From Syntrophaceae bacterium UBA2251 (GTDB lineage: Bacteria; Desulfobacterota; Syntrophia; Syntrophales; UBA2251), in NCBI GenBank assembly GCA_002347815.1, contig DDXV01000018.1, positions 9,581 to 73,580 on the forward strand: a DNA stretch of 64,000 nucleotides, in the 5' to 3' direction. The notes below the pieces were generated by a model. The model had not been told where the DNA came from and did not search any database. It saw only the letters and a program-made list of their open reading frames with translations. Position 1 is the first letter of the stretch. Every line of letters starts with the position of its first letter. The position numbers and the translations under genes were made by a program. This document shows, piece by piece, positions 1 through 9,914 of the stretch.

Positions 1-2501
1 ACATGAAGCTCGCGGGCCAGGGCGTAGGTGTTGTCCTTGACGACCTGAACCAGGCGTTGATCGAGGGTGTGGGGGGGGATCACGGAAGCGCTGTCGCCGG
101 AATGGACCCCGGCCTCCTCGATGTGCTCCATGATGCCGCCGATGATCGTCGTCTCCCCGTCGGAGATGGCATCCACGTCGATTTCGATCGCGTCCTCCAG
201 GAACTTGTCGATCAGGATCGGATGCTCCGGCGAGACCCGGATGGCCTTTTTCATGAAATCGCCCAGGGCGTCGTCGTCATAGACGATCTCCATCGCCCGG
301 CCGCCCAGCACGTACGACGGGCGGACGATCACGGGATAGCCGATCTTGTTCGCCACCCGCTGGGCATCCTCGTACGAACGGGCGGTTCCGTTGTCCGGCT
401 GGATCAGGTTGAGCTTCTTCAGGAGCATCTGAAAGCGTTTCCGGTCCTCCGCGCGGTCGATGCTGTCCGGCGTCGTCCCCCAGATGGGCACGCCCGCCTT
501 CTCCAGCGGCACGGCGAGGTTCAGGGGGGTCTGTCCGCCGAACTGAACGATCACCCCGACGGGCTTCTCCCGCTCGATGATGTTGAGGACATCCTCGCGG
601 GTGAGCGGCTCAAAATAGAGTTTGTCGGAGGTGTCGTAATCGGTGCTGACCGTCTCCGGGTTCGAGTTCACCATGATGCTCTCGTACCCCAGCTCCCGCA
701 GGGCCAGGGAGGCGTGCACGCAGCAGTAGTCAAATTCAATCCCCTGGCCGATCCGGTTCGGTCCGCCGCCCAGGATGATGACCTTCTCGCGGTCCGAGGG
801 ATGGCTCTCCTCCAGCGTCTCGTAAGAAGAGTAGTAGTAGGGACGGTCGGCCTTGAACTCTCCGGCACAGGTGTCGACGAGTTTGTAGACGGGATGCAGC
901 CCCAGTTTTTTGCGCATCCGCCGGAGCGTTTCCTCCTCGACGCCCAGGATGTGGGCGAGTTGCACGTCGGAAAACCCGAATTCCTTGGAACGACGGAGGA
1001 GCGCTGCGGGGAAATCCTTCTTCCAGACCGGCAGGTCCCGCTTCACGCCGTGGAACCGGTAGCGAACCAGTTCCTCCTCGAGGTCGAAAATCTCCTTCAT
1101 GTTGAAGAGAAACCAGCGGTCGATGCGCGACAGGTCGTAGATCTCGTCGATCGTGAGCCCGGCGCGGAAGGCAAAGCGGATATAGAAGAAGCGCTCCGCG
1201 TTCGGAATTCGCAGCTTCTCGCGAATCTTCTCGACGGTGTCCTCCCCCTCGAAGGAAGCATCCTTGCCGTCGGCGCCGAAGCCGAAGCGCCCCGTTTCCA
1301 GGGAGCGGAGCCCCTTCTGAAAGGCCTCCTTGAAGGTCCGGCCGATGGACATGGCCTCGCCGACGGCCTTCATGGAGGTGTTCAGGGTCGGATCGGCCAG
1401 CGGAAATTTCTCGAAGGTGAAACGGGAGATCTTGAAGACGCAGTAATCGATCGTCGGTTCGTGGAGGGCCGACGTCCGGCCGGTGACGTCGTTTTTGACT
1501 TCATCCAGGGTAAACCCCACCGCCAGCTTCGTCGCGACACGGGCGATCGGGAAGCCGGTCGCCTTGGACGCAAGGGCCGAACTGCGGGACAGGCGCGGGT
1601 TGACCTCGATGATCACCACCTCGCCGTTGTCGGGGCTCACGGCGAACTGGATGTTCACGCCGCCGCCGGTGACGTCGATCTTGCGGATGATCTTGCGGCA
1701 CAGCGCCGTCAGATGGGCGTATTCCGGGGCCGTCAGGGTCTGGGCCGGCGCCACGACGGCACTGTCGCCCGTGTGAACGCCCATGGCATCGACGTTCTCC
1801 ATGGAGGTCACGATGATGACGTTGTCGGCGGCGTCCCGCATGACCTCGAACTCGATTTCCTTCCAGCCCAGGACCGACCGTTCGACCAGGACCTGCCCCA
1901 CGGGGCTGTATTCGATGGCCTTGGCGAGAAACTCTTCCAGCTCTTCCTTGTTGTAGGCGATCGACCCGCCGGTGCCGCCCAGGGTGAAGGCGGGCCGCAG
2001 GATGATGGGGAAGCCGATGCCGAGGCCGATGGCCATGCCCTCCTCCACGGAGGTGGCGATGCCGCTGTCCGGAACCCCCACGCCGATCTCGAGCATCGCC
2101 TGCTTGAACAGATCCCGGTCCTCAGCGCGGGCGATGGCCTCCGCCGACGCCCCCAGGACCTCCACGTGATACTTTTCGAAAACGCCGGCGCGGGCGAGAA
2201 AGACCGCCGTGTTGAGCCCCGTCTGGCCGCCCAGCGTGGGCAGGATGGCGTCCGGCCTTTCCCGGGCGATGATCTTCTCCACGATCTCCGGGGTGATGGG
2301 CTCGATGTAGGTCCGGTCCGCCATCTCGGGATCGGTCATGATCGTCGCCGGATTGCTGTTCACGAGGATAACGAAATAGCCTTCCTCCTTCAGGGCCTTG
2401 CAGGCCTGGGAGCCGGAATAGTCAAACTCGCAGGCCTGGCCGATGATGATCGGTCCCGACCCGATGATGAGGATCTTTTTGAGATCGGTTCGCTTCGGCA
2501 T
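1..2501 (-). CDS. carB: carbamoyl-phosphate synthase large subunit (partial; C-terminal part lies beyond the left edge)
   Basis: Not in the ORF track (no stop in window). Reverse complement from CAT 2499-2501 reads [74 protein letters not shown]. Near the left edge it reads [20 protein letters not shown], which is CarB-like. The + ORF 3..2534 is its antisense shadow. Confidence 0.9.
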   Translation of the reverse strand, partial: MPKRTDLKKILIIGSGPIIIGQACEFDYSGSQACKALKEEGYFVILVNSNPATIMTDPEMADRTYIEPITPEIVEKIIARERPDAILPTLGGQTGLNTAVFLARAGVFEKYHVEVLGASAEAIARAEDRDLFKQAMLEIGVGVPDSGIATSVEEGMAIGLGIGFPIILRPAFTLGGTGGSIAYNKEELEEFLAKAIEYSPVGQVLVERSVLGWKEIEFEVMRDAADNVIIVTSMENVDAMGVHTGDSAVVAPAQTLTAPEYAHLTALCRKIIRKIDVTGGGVNIQFAVSPDNGEVVIIEVNPRLSRSSALASKATGFPIARVATKLAVGFTLDEVKNDVTGRTSALHEPTIDYCVFKISRFTFEKFPLADPTLNTSMKAVGEAMSIGRTFKEAFQKGLRSLETGRFGFGADGKDASFEGEDTVEKIREKLRIPNAERFFYIRFAFRAGLTIDEIYDLSRIDRWFLFNMKEIFDLEEELVRYRFHGVKRDLPVWKKDFPAALLRRSKEFGFSDVQLAHILGVEEETLRRMRKKLGLHPVYKLVDTCAGEFKADRPYYYSSYETLEESHPSDREKVIILGGGPNRIGQGIEFDYCCVHASLALRELGYESIMVNSNPETVSTDYDTSDKLYFEPLTREDVLNIIEREKPVGVIVQFGGQTPLNLAVPLEKAGVPIWGTTPDSIDRAEDRKRFQMLLKKLNLIQPDNGTARSYEDAQRVANKIGYPVIVRPSYVLGGRAMEIVYDDDALGDFMKKAIRVSPEHPILIDKFLEDAIEIDVDAISDGETTIIGGIMEHIEEAGVHSGDSASVIPPHTLDQRLVQVVKDNTYALARELH

Positions 2502-2530
2502 CGTCTTACCTTTTCTCTTCCCCTTCGCCC

Positions 2531-3637
2531 TTAACCCTTTGCCTTCTGCCTCTTGCCGCCCGTCCTGGCCATCCTCTCCATGAATTCCCGGAACAACGCG
2601 CTCGGGCGGCCGTCGTCATCCGGAACGGGGGAGAACTGCACCCCGAGAAACCGCCCCCGCTCCGACGAAACGCCCTCGACCGTGCCGTCGTTGAGGTTCC
2701 GGTGCGACACCGTGCAAACGCCGCCCTTCAGCGACGTCTCGTCGATGACCCAACTGTGGTTCTGGAGCGTCATCGCCGTCCGGCCCGTCCGGAGATCCCG
2801 CACGGGATAATTGGCGCCGTGATGCCCCTGACCCATGCGCGTCGCCTTCCCGCCCGCGGCGAGGGCGAGCATCTGACATCCCAGGGCGATTCCGAAGGCG
2901 GGAAGTTCGCCCAGGGCGGCCGCCAGCATGCGCCGGGCCGGCTCGAACGCCTCCGGCGCGCCGGGACCGTTCGAGAGGAACAGCCCGTCGGCGCCGCTCG
3001 CCCGGATCTCGTCCCAGGCGGCCGTCGGGGGAAAGGAGCGCACCTGACACGACAGGGCCTCCAGTTGGCGCGGATAGGACCGCCGGCAGCCGAAATCGAG
3101 CATGGCGATGCGCGGACCGCCGTCCGTTTCAAAGGGGCGGGCCGAAGCCGCATGAGGACGGGACCCCTTGGGGCGATCCGCCGGGGGCGGGCCCGCGTCG
3201 GCGCGGACTTTGGCCAGAAGGGCCGTCGTCGGAGATGCGGCCGGGGCGACGATCCCCCGCATCTCTCCGTGTTCCCTCAGGTGCAGGGCCAGGGCGCGCG
3301 TATCGACGCCCTCCAGACCCACGACGCCCCAGCGGTCCATGAAGGCCTCGAGGGTCGATCCGGCGCGCCAGCTGCTGACGACCCGGCTCTTCTCCTTGAC
3401 CAGGAGGGCCGCGGCCTGAGCCCGGTCCGATTCCCCGTCCTCGTCGTTCACCCCGTAGTTGCCGATCAGGGGATAGGTCATGTTGACGATGCAGCCCCGA
3501 TTGTCCGGATCGGTCAGGCATTCCTGATAGCCGACCACCCCGCGCTCGTCATGGACCCATCCCGTCGCTTCCCCGACCGCCCCGAAGGACTCCCCGGGGA
3601 AAGACGTGCCGTCTTCCAGAAGCAAGATCATCTTCAT
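2531..3637 (-). CDS. carA: carbamoyl-phosphate synthase small (glutaminase) subunit
   Basis: [20 protein letters not shown]...[13 protein letters not shown] matches the CarA N-domain, followed by a class I glutamine amidotransferase C-domain ([18 protein letters not shown]). Start trimmed to ATG at 3637. Lies 29 nt upstream of carB. Confidence 0.9.
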   Translation of the reverse strand: MKMILLLEDGTSFPGESFGAVGEATGWVHDERGVVGYQECLTDPDNRGCIVNMTYPLIGNYGVNDEDGESDRAQAAALLVKEKSRVVSSWRAGSTLEAFMDRWGVVGLEGVDTRALALHLREHGEMRGIVAPAASPTTALLAKVRADAGPPPADRPKGSRPHAASARPFETDGGPRIAMLDFGCRRSYPRQLEALSCQVRSFPPTAAWDEIRASGADGLFLSNGPGAPEAFEPARRMLAAALGELPAFGIALGCQMLALAAGGKATRMGQGHHGANYPVRDLRTGRTAMTLQNHSWVIDETSLKGGVCTVSHRNLNDGTVEGVSSERGRFLGVQFSPVPDDDGRPSALFREFMERMARTGGKRQKAKG

Positions 3638-3750
3638 TACATAACTCTCTGATTTTATTAGAGCTTGAAAAAGGCGCAAAAAAAGGGCAGCTCGACACCT
3701 TCTCTTCCCGCCGTGTCGCCGACTACCCTTTGTTTTGCCTGGAGATTAAA

Positions 3751-4827
3751 TCACGCCCCTAACGTTGCAACCCCTGCCCGGAGTGCTTTGAGAAACGCCT
3801 CGTTTTCCTCGCGGCGGCCGACCGTGACCCGTATCGCCGGCGGCGCGTTTCCCGAGGCGTCGAATTTCTTGACGAGGACACCCCTTTTGACAAGTGCAGC
3901 ATATACCTGATTTATATCGCGATCGCAAGTAAAAAAAATAAAATTTGCATCCGTCGGCCAGGGATGCACCACCGCGGTTTTTCGTAAAGCATCCCACAGC
4001 CCGGCCCGTTCCCGGACGATCTCCTCCGTCTGGGCGATGAACCGCGCCTCGTGATCGAGATAGAATCCGGCCGCCATCTGCGAGACGCTGTTCAGGTTGT
4101 AGGGAAGACGAACCTTGTCGATCTCGGCCACGATTTCCGGAGGACCGACGAGGAAGCCGATGCGCATCGCCGCCAGTCCGACCTTGGACAGCGTCCGCAG
4201 GATCAGGAGATTGTCGTACGCCTTCAGGCGGGGGAGGAAGGAACGGCCGGAAAACGGTCCGTAGGCCTCGTCGACGACGACCAGTCCCGGCGCCTGTTCG
4301 ATGAGGGCGGCGATCTTGTCGTCGTTGAAACACCCGCCCGTCGGATTGTTGGGATAGCTCAGGAAGGTCAGGACCGGCCGTTCCCGTTCGAGCGCCGCGA
4401 GCATCGCGGGCAGGTCCAGGTCTCCGCCCGCCGCGAGCGGCACCTCGCAGATGCGGCACCCCAGGTTCAAGCCGCAGATCCGGTACATGGCGAAGGTCGG
4501 GGTCGGGATCAGCACGCTTTTGCCGGGGCCGCCGCAGGCGATGAGCAGGGCCAGGATCAATTCGTCGGACCCGTTGCCGAGCAGGACCTGATCGGGCGCG
4601 ACCCCGAAGCGCGCCGCGAACCGGCGCCTCAGGGCGGGGGAACCCGCCTCCGGATAGCGGTTCAGGGCCACCTCCCGTGTCACGGCCGAAAAGAAGAGAC
4701 CGGTCAGGTCCTCCGGCAGGGGGAAAGGGTTCTCGTTCGCATCCAGCTTGATTTGGCAGGGTATCGCGTCCGCGGGATAGGCCCGCTGCCGCCGGATCTC
4801 TTCCCTAATGAGGTGCAGCCGTTTCAT
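3751..4827 (-). CDS. hisC: histidinol-phosphate aminotransferase
   Basis: Motifs KLDANENPFPLP, YPNNPTG and the RTLSK PLP-lysine motif. Length of 358 aa fits. Confidence 0.9.
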   Translation of the reverse strand: MKRLHLIREEIRRQRAYPADAIPCQIKLDANENPFPLPEDLTGLFFSAVTREVALNRYPEAGSPALRRRFAARFGVAPDQVLLGNGSDELILALLIACGGPGKSVLIPTPTFAMYRICGLNLGCRICEVPLAAGGDLDLPAMLAALERERPVLTFLSYPNNPTGGCFNDDKIAALIEQAPGLVVVDEAYGPFSGRSFLPRLKAYDNLLILRTLSKVGLAAMRIGFLVGPPEIVAEIDKVRLPYNLNSVSQMAAGFYLDHEARFIAQTEEIVRERAGLWDALRKTAVVHPWPTDANFIFFTCDRDINQVYAALVKRGVLVKKFDASGNAPPAIRVTVGRREENEAFLKALRAGVATLGA

Positions 4828-5650
4828 CCGGTTCTCCTTCGCCGTTCCAGGCCTCGGGCCGATATTTTTCCCGCTTCAGGCGCGCCTTCAGGGCCTCTTC
4901 CGCGTCGGTCAGGGCGCCCGTTCGCAGATCCGCGTGCAGGACCGCGGCAAACCCCTCCGCCAGGGCGCGGACGATCGCGCCCGTCGCCGGCGGCGGCGTC
5001 AGGCAGATGTCGACGGCGGTCACGGCCCGCGTCAGCATCCGGCGGGTCCGCTCCCGCTCTTCCGTTTCGGCGACAAGACACCGGGCCGCGCGTGCCGCAT
5101 CGAACCGGACCAGAAGCGACCCGTGCTGGAGGAAGGCGCCGCGCGACCTGGCCTGGGCCGAACCGCAGATCTTCCGGCCCTCGACGAGCAGTTCATCCTT
5201 GGCCGGCCGCGCAAAGCAGGCGACGGAGCCGTCGCGCACCCCGGAAGGTTCCGGGTCCGCGGGCGCGATCGCCGCGTCGATTCCCAAACGGTGCAGGCCC
5301 TCCTGAAGACACCGGCCGATCACGCGGTAGGCGCCGGCGATCCCGGGAGGAAAGGGCGGCTCGCCCACCCGGGCGCACAGGGCGTACGTCAGATCGCCGT
5401 CATGGAGCACGGCCCGGCCTCCCGTCGGACGACGCACGACGTCGATCCCCTCCCGCCGGCAGACCGCGAGGTTGCAGGCTTGCACCGTGTTCTGAAAATA
5501 ACCGAGCGAGACGGCGGCCGGACGCCATCCGTAGAAGCGAAGGGTCGGCGGCGTATGCCCCAGGGGCATCAGGCGGAAAATGGCCTCGTCGGCGGCCATG
5601 TTCTCGAAGGCGTCGGATGCATGAAAGGGGATCAGTCTCCAAACGGACAC
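4805..5650 (-). CDS. lipoate-protein ligase / octanoyltransferase family protein (catalytic domain only, LipM/LplA-like)
   Basis: LRFYGWRPAAVSLGYFQ, VVRRPTGGRAVLHDGDLTY and the EGRKICGSAQ conserved-lysine motif of the BPL/LplA/LipB fold. At 281 aa it has no LplA C-terminal accessory domain. Confidence 0.75.
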   Translation of the reverse strand: MSVWRLIPFHASDAFENMAADEAIFRLMPLGHTPPTLRFYGWRPAAVSLGYFQNTVQACNLAVCRREGIDVVRRPTGGRAVLHDGDLTYALCARVGEPPFPPGIAGAYRVIGRCLQEGLHRLGIDAAIAPADPEPSGVRDGSVACFARPAKDELLVEGRKICGSAQARSRGAFLQHGSLLVRFDAARAARCLVAETEERERTRRMLTRAVTAVDICLTPPPATGAIVRALAEGFAAVLHADLRTGALTDAEEALKARLKREKYRPEAWNGEGEPDETAAPH

Positions 5651-5656
5651 ACCGGA

Positions 5657-6052
5657 TCAGTCCTCCTCGCTTTCCAGGATGAAATCGTTGTAACCGCGGG
5701 TGTCGAGGAGGTCATCGATTTCATCGATGTCGCTCATTTCGATGACGATCAGCCACCCGGTATCGTGGGGGTCGCTGTTGATGATGCCCACGTCGTCCAA
5801 AAGATCGTCGTTGACATTGACCACCTGCCCGCCCACGGGGGCGATGAGTTCGATCACCGCCTTGGCGGACTCGATCGATCCGAAGGATTCGTCCCGCTCG
5901 ACCTCGGTGTCGATTTCCGGGAGTTCGATCGAGAGGACTTCGCCCAGTTTCTCCTGGGCGTAATCGGTGATCCCGATGGTCGCCAGGTCACCGTCGACCC
6001 TGACCCACAAGTGCTCCCGGCTGTACATGTAGTCTTCAGGAAATACCTTCAT
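5657..6052 (-). CDS. gcvH: glycine cleavage H-type lipoyl carrier protein (paralog 1)
   Basis: YSREHLWVRVDGDLATIGITDYAQEKLGEV, then SIESAKAV carrying the lipoyl-lysine. 131 aa. Lies 6 nt upstream of the ligase gene. Confidence 0.8.
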   Translation of the reverse strand: MKVFPEDYMYSREHLWVRVDGDLATIGITDYAQEKLGEVLSIELPEIDTEVERDESFGSIESAKAVIELIAPVGGQVVNVNDDLLDDVGIINSDPHDTGWLIVIEMSDIDEIDDLLDTRGYNDFILESEED

Positions 6053-6114
6053 TGCCCCCCACCCCCTGCGGACCGTTTACTTGAAGCGCCTGTGGCGAAC
6101 GACAGGTTTTCCTG

Positions 6115-6143
6115 CCAGTAAAAGAATTCCGGGCGAATGTCAA
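6115..6143 (-). promoter_or_regulatory. candidate sigma70-type promoter for the gcvH-paralog/ligase/hisC/carAB unit
   Basis: Minus strand reads TTGACA (6143-6138), a 17-nt spacer, then TACTGG (6120-6115). Good -35, weak -10. Confidence 0.35.
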
Positions 6144-6166
6144 TAGAGAAACTTATTTTCCCCTCG

Positions 6167-7261
6167 TCACTTCAGGAGGGTCAGCGTCTTGGGCGCCCGG
6201 CTCAGGATCTCGAAGCCGTCCGCGCGGATGAGCACCATGTCTTCGATGCGGATCCCCCAGCGGCCGGGGAGGTAAACCCCGGGTTCCACCGTAACGACCA
6301 TGCCCGCTTCGAGGGTGCTCTCCGAGCGGGCGTTGAGCCGCGGGGCTTCATGGACGTCGAGACCGACGCCGTGGCCGGTGCCGTGGGAGAAGAAGCGCTC
6401 CCACCCGCCCCGGCGGAGGGCGTCCCGGGCAATGCGGTCCACGTCGCGGCAGACAACACCCGCCCGCAGGGCGGCGATGGCGAGCTTCTGGGCCTCGAGG
6501 ACCTGCGCGTAGGCGGCGAGCGTCTCGCGATCCGGATCGCCGCCGACGAACACCGTGCAGGTCTCGTCGGACCGGTAGCCTTGAAAGACGGCCCCGTAGT
6601 CGATCACGACCCCCTCGCCGGCCTGGATCTTCCGGGCGCCGGGGGTGGCGTGGGGAAGGGCGGACTGCGGCCCGGACGCCACGATCGTCGGGAAGGAACT
6701 CCCTTCCGCCCCCTGACGCCGCATGCGGAAATCGAGCTCCAGGGCGATGTCCCGCTCCGCGACCCCGGGTCGGAGATACGGCAGGATCGCCTGCAGGGCC
6801 GAGGAGGCGATCGCCGCCGCCTTTTGCATGCAGCGGACTTCCTCGTCGTCCTTGACGGCCCGCAGCGACGACAGTTCGTCAAAGAGCGGCCGCAGCGACA
6901 CCCCCGCTCCGAGTGCGGCGAGCAGGCGCTGGTGGACGTGGACGGTCAGGACGGCGGATTCGAACCCGACGCGGGAGGGGGCGGCGTCGGCCAGCGCCGC
7001 CGCGATTCCCTCGATCAGGTCCCGGATCTCGACGATCTCCACCTCCGGAACCGTCTCGCGGGCCTCCGTCAGGAAGCGGCCGTCCACGAGCAGCGACGCA
7101 CGGCCTTCCGTCATCAGAAGGGCCGCGTCCGTCCCCGCAAAACCGGTCAGGTAGCGGAGGTTGGCTTCTTCGGTGAGAAGCAGGGCGTCGAGGCCCCAGT
7201 CGGACAGGCGATCGAACAGGCGCGACCGTCTCCGGGCGTAAGGCGTCGCTTCAGGAGGCAT
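6167..7261 (-). CDS. M24 family Xaa-Pro aminopeptidase/dipeptidase
   Basis: Creatinase-like N-domain plus a pita-bread C-domain with HGTGHGVGLDVHE and VEPGVY...GIRIED metal-ligand motifs. Confidence 0.85.
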   Translation of the reverse strand: MPPEATPYARRRSRLFDRLSDWGLDALLLTEEANLRYLTGFAGTDAALLMTEGRASLLVDGRFLTEARETVPEVEIVEIRDLIEGIAAALADAAPSRVGFESAVLTVHVHQRLLAALGAGVSLRPLFDELSSLRAVKDDEEVRCMQKAAAIASSALQAILPYLRPGVAERDIALELDFRMRRQGAEGSSFPTIVASGPQSALPHATPGARKIQAGEGVVIDYGAVFQGYRSDETCTVFVGGDPDRETLAAYAQVLEAQKLAIAALRAGVVCRDVDRIARDALRRGGWERFFSHGTGHGVGLDVHEAPRLNARSESTLEAGMVVTVEPGVYLPGRWGIRIEDMVLIRADGFEILSRAPKTLTLLK

Positions 7262-7958
7262 GCGCCCTCGATGCTTCGAGCTTCACGAGCCACCGGGAAA
7301 GCGTCCCGATCGTGCGCGCGTGCCGCCCCGTCCGCCGGTCCGGGCGGGGCTCCGAGACGGCCTGAATCTCCCGGAGGCGCGACCGGGCCTTGGCGTCTTC
7401 CGGGTCCTGTTCCAGGATCCGGGTGAGGACGTCGACGGCCATCTCCGGATGACCCTGGCGCAGGTACAGATCGGCCAGGGTGACGGTGTAGAAATCGGGA
7501 GCGATGTCCCCGACCTGCAGGGGGCGCTCGTCATCCTGCTGTCCGGCATCGCCGTCCCCCGTCAGCGCGTCCAGTTTCCCGGACACCTCCCGGACCGCCG
7601 CCGCGTCGGGCGGATTGAAGGCGAGGAACTTCCGGTAGTACGCCGCCGCCTCCTCCGGAAACCCTTCCTTGAGGCGGCAATCCCCCAAGACCGCATAGAG
7701 GCTCGCAAAGTCCAGCAGGGTCCCCTCGACCCGCCGCAGCATTTCCCGCGCCTCGTCGGGACGGCCCATCCGGATCAGGGCATGGCAGAGAATAGTCCGG
7801 GCGTCGATGTCGTCCGGAAGACGCCGCAGGCGCGCCTCGGCCATCTCCATGGCGAGGCGCGCCTGGTTCTGTTCCAGCCGGAAGCGCGCCTGATCGAGAA
7901 AAAGGTCCCGTTTGGTGCGCTCCGGCTCACCGGCCTGGACCTGATCTGCATCATCCAT
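7251..7958 (-). CDS. TPR-repeat protein, function unknown
   Basis: Repeated TPR-like helices (ILCHALIRMGRPDEAREML, LADLYLRQGHPEMAVDVLTRILEQDPED). GC3-biased codons. Overlaps the M24 start by 11 nt. No signal peptide. Confidence 0.6.
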   Translation of the reverse strand: MDDADQVQAGEPERTKRDLFLDQARFRLEQNQARLAMEMAEARLRRLPDDIDARTILCHALIRMGRPDEAREMLRRVEGTLLDFASLYAVLGDCRLKEGFPEEAAAYYRKFLAFNPPDAAAVREVSGKLDALTGDGDAGQQDDERPLQVGDIAPDFYTVTLADLYLRQGHPEMAVDVLTRILEQDPEDAKARSRLREIQAVSEPRPDRRTGRHARTIGTLSRWLVKLEASRAHAS

Positions 7959-8118
7959 TCATCGAACCTTCCGGGCTTGCCGAATTCCCGCTTTTTCGGG
8001 CCTGACCGCTTGAAGCGCCGCGTCGACAGATCCCTCGCCTGTTTTCCGGACGGACCCTGACCGACGCTAACAAAGGCGCCCGAACCTGTCAAGGCGGAAG
8101 TCAAACCGTCTCCTCCAC

Positions 8119-8153
8119 AAAAAAAGAGATCGCCTTTTCGAAGGCGATCTCTT
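8119..8153 (-). terminator. intrinsic terminator downstream of pilQ
   Basis: Perfect 13-bp stem AAGAGATCGCCTT / AAGGCGATCTCTT (8124-8136 / 8141-8153) with a 4-nt loop, followed on the minus strand by a T7 run (plus-strand A run 8119-8125). Confidence 0.75.
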
Positions 8154-8210
8154 GACATGCTTCGGATTCCGGATCGTGCGGAGACGCTTCCCGTCAACCG
8201 CCCCGGCGCA

Positions 8211-9914
8211 TCAGGCCGGCGGCGCAGCCGCGGCCACGGCATCGTCCTTGATGATCGTCGGCGTCACGAAGATCAGGAGTTCTTTTTTACCCTTTTCGAC
8301 ATTCTCGTATTTGAAGAGCCACCCCAGAAGAGGGATCCTGGCGATCCAAGGCACCGCATCGCCGGCCTTGCTTTCAGTCGTCTTGATGACGCCGCCGATC
8401 ACGAGTGTGTCGCCGTCGTTGACCACGACGTTCGAGTCCACCTCGCTCGTGTTGATGGGAGGGTTTCCCAGAATTGCCTTGGCATAGTTCGCCGAATTGT
8501 TGGACGCCTTGATTTTCATGGAGATCCGGCCCTCGTCGGTAATCTTGGGCGTCACGGCAAGTTCCAGGAAGGCATCTTTATAAGAGACGGTGGCCGGATT
8601 GTCTCCCGATGCTGGCGTGATATTGGGAACCTGCTCCCCCTGCTTGATTTTTGCTTCGACGCCTTCCATCGTCAGGACCTTGGGCGAGGAAATCACCTTC
8701 ACCCGGTTTGTCAGTTCCGAGGCCATGAGCTCGGCGTCGAGAAGCCAGTGCGTGCCGCTCAGGACGAACCCCAGGGCGGGGGCCGCCGCGGCCACGGGAA
8801 AGTTCAAGGCCAGATTGGCCGTCGACAGGGCGATCCCTGAGGAAGCCAGACCTTTTAGATTATAATTATCCCCCATGGCATTGGCCGACTGGGCAACGGC
8901 GGCATAATCGTAATGCGAGCCGAAGCTGCTCTTTTTCCCCACGCCCCACTGAATCCCCAGGTCCCGGCCGAAGCCCTCCTCCGCCTCCACGATTCTCGCC
9001 TCGATGGAGATCTGACGGAGCTTGCCCTTGACCTGCTTGAGCTTCTGTTCGCGCTCCTTCTCGAGGGACTCCGCCTTGATGCGGGCCTCTTCCTTGGCCT
9101 GCCGGTCGGCCTCGTCCTTCTTGGCCTTTTCGAGCGTGATGATGCTGATCACGTCCCCCATCTGCTTTTTCGTGAGCCCCTTGATATCGAGGATGACATC
9201 GAGGGCCTGGTCCCACGGGACGTTGTTCATGTGGACCGTGACGTTCCCCTTGACGTCGTCCCCGGACACGAGGCTCATGCCGCTGACTTCCGACAGCAGC
9301 CTGAGGACGCTCTTGATGTTCGCATCCTGAAAATCGAGAGAGATCCGCTTGCCGCTGTATTGCTTTTCATCCCCGCCCGGGAGCGGGTCTTGAACTGCGG
9401 CGGTTGGGGCCGCTGCCGGCCGCGCTTCTTCTGCGGCGGGAACCGGCGCCGCGGCAACCGTTCGCTCCGCCGCCAGGGGGGGTGGATTCAAACCCGCCAC
9501 GTTGAAATCGACGATGACCGACAACCCTTCCTGTCGGACGTAGTATTGGACCGGCTGCTTCAGATCGACGCGGACATACGCCCACTGGCGTCCCCCCACC
9601 GTCCGCTGTTCCGGAACAATGCGGAGGATGTTGCTCAGGGCGCCCTCGCCCAACGGACTGCGCAGTCCTTCGGGTATGAACATGTCCGGAACCTTGATCA
9701 GCACGCCGCCGCCCGGCGCGGCTTCGACGGTCGGGGCCGTGATCCGGGACAGGACCAGGGTGACGCGCTCCTTACCCGGCAGGGGACCGGCGGTGATCTC
9801 CTCCACGTAGCCGACGGACGCCTCCGGCGCGGCGAGGGCGACGGACACCACCCCGGCCAGGAGCAGAGACGCCGCAAGCAAGGAAGTCCATAGCCATGGC
9901 CATTTTCGTTTCAT
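8211..9914 (-). CDS. pilQ: type IV pilus secretin PilQ
   Basis: Signal peptide, AMIN-like N-domain, and secretin C-domain (ISIEARIVEA, VISSPKVLTMEGVEAKIKQGEQVP, DTLVIGGV...PLLGWLF...ELLIFVTPTII). Confidence 0.9.
   Translation of the reverse strand: MKRKWPWLWTSLLAASLLLAGVVSVALAAPEASVGYVEEITAGPLPGKERVTLVLSRITAPTVEAAPGGGVLIKVPDMFIPEGLRSPLGEGALSNILRIVPEQRTVGGRQWAYVRVDLKQPVQYYVRQEGLSVIVDFNVAGLNPPPLAAERTVAAAPVPAAEEARPAAAPTAAVQDPLPGGDEKQYSGKRISLDFQDANIKSVLRLLSEVSGMSLVSGDDVKGNVTVHMNNVPWDQALDVILDIKGLTKKQMGDVISIITLEKAKKDEADRQAKEEARIKAESLEKEREQKLKQVKGKLRQISIEARIVEAEEGFGRDLGIQWGVGKKSSFGSHYDYAAVAQSANAMGDNYNLKGLASSGIALSTANLALNFPVAAAAPALGFVLSGTHWLLDAELMASELTNRVKVISSPKVLTMEGVEAKIKQGEQVPNITPASGDNPATVSYKDAFLELAVTPKITDEGRISMKIKASNNSANYAKAILGNPPINTSEVDSNVVVNDGDTLVIGGVIKTTESKAGDAVPWIARIPLLGWLFKYENVEKGKKELLIFVTPTIIKDDAVAAAAPPA

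Noticed and set aside
3-2534. 843-aa + strand ORF at the left edge
   Set aside because: Its composition is Arg/Gly/Asp/His/Val-rich and matches no protein family. It is in codon register antisense to an unmistakable carB reading frame, so it is a GC3-driven shadow ORF.
3638-3750. Terminator between hisC and carA
   Set aside because: There is only a 6-bp stem (CGACAC/GTGTCG) with a 14-nt loop, and it is separated from the T-run. That is too weak to call.
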